A stretch of 15,228 nucleotides of DNA from Candidatus Heimdallarchaeota archaeon B3_Heim (GTDB taxonomy: Archaea; Asgardarchaeota; Heimdallarchaeia; Hodarchaeales; Hodarchaeaceae): assembly GCA_003144275.1 (NCBI GenBank), contig NJBF01000058.1, positions 1 to 15,228 on the forward strand, read 5' to 3'. The position numbers and the translations under genes are program-made. Below are positions 15,198 to 15,228 of the stretch, piece after piece. Position 1 is the first letter of the stretch. Each line of letters begins with the position of its first letter. The notes under the pieces were generated by a model. That model saw only the letters and a program-made list of their open reading frames with translations, did no database searches and was not told where the DNA came from.

Positions 15198-15228
15198 CAG
15201 AAAATACATATGACTTTCCTGATTGATT
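15032..15228 (-). mobile_element. Right end of an IS607- or IS200/IS605-family (TnpB-type) element, truncated by the window edge
   Basis: Minus strand GAGACCTTAAACGCCTGTGGAG..GTAAGACC..GGC..TCGCTGAATCAGGAA, subterminal hairpin, end ...TAGGTAAGTCTTTCAGAACGG. Translates as AESSAETLNACGEAVRP, a typical TnpB tail. The frame is open from 15228 to TAA at 15046, but no RuvC or Zn-finger motif is visible in the window. Confidence 0.75.

Noticed and set aside
15046-15228. Calling a tnpB CDS
   Set aside because: Only a 60-codon open tail is visible with no catalytic or Zn-finger motif; the resemblance may be at RNA level only, so it is reported as element end and ncRNA instead.

Overview
AT-rich archaeal window, most consistent with an Asgard archaeon (inferred from an archaeal-type SecY, COG3398-like wHTH, DGGGP-synthase-like UbiA, stand-alone LRR and acidic repeat surface protein; not verifiable without a search). 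It holds 12 intact-looking CDSs, mostly on the minus strand, and no rRNA, tRNA or CRISPR array. The left half carries a SAM methyltransferase, a DAGK/YegS-type lipid kinase fused to a membrane domain, a membrane protein, a zinc-ribbon protein, DUF4386, an MDR oxidoreductase and a DUF3303-like protein, plus two gene remnants missed by the ORF track. The right half is a co-oriented run: LRR, membrane-anchored tandem wHTH, divergent SecY/Sec61alpha paralog, UbiA prenyltransferase, secreted three-repeat surface protein. The best candidate for an undescribed system is the SecY paralog. It keeps plug and pore-ring-like motifs, has lost both ribosome-binding cytoplasmic loops, and has an 11th, SecE-like C-terminal helix. 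The last ~200 bp look like the right end of an IS607/IS200-IS605-type element with a TnpB omegaRNA scaffold, cut by the window edge.
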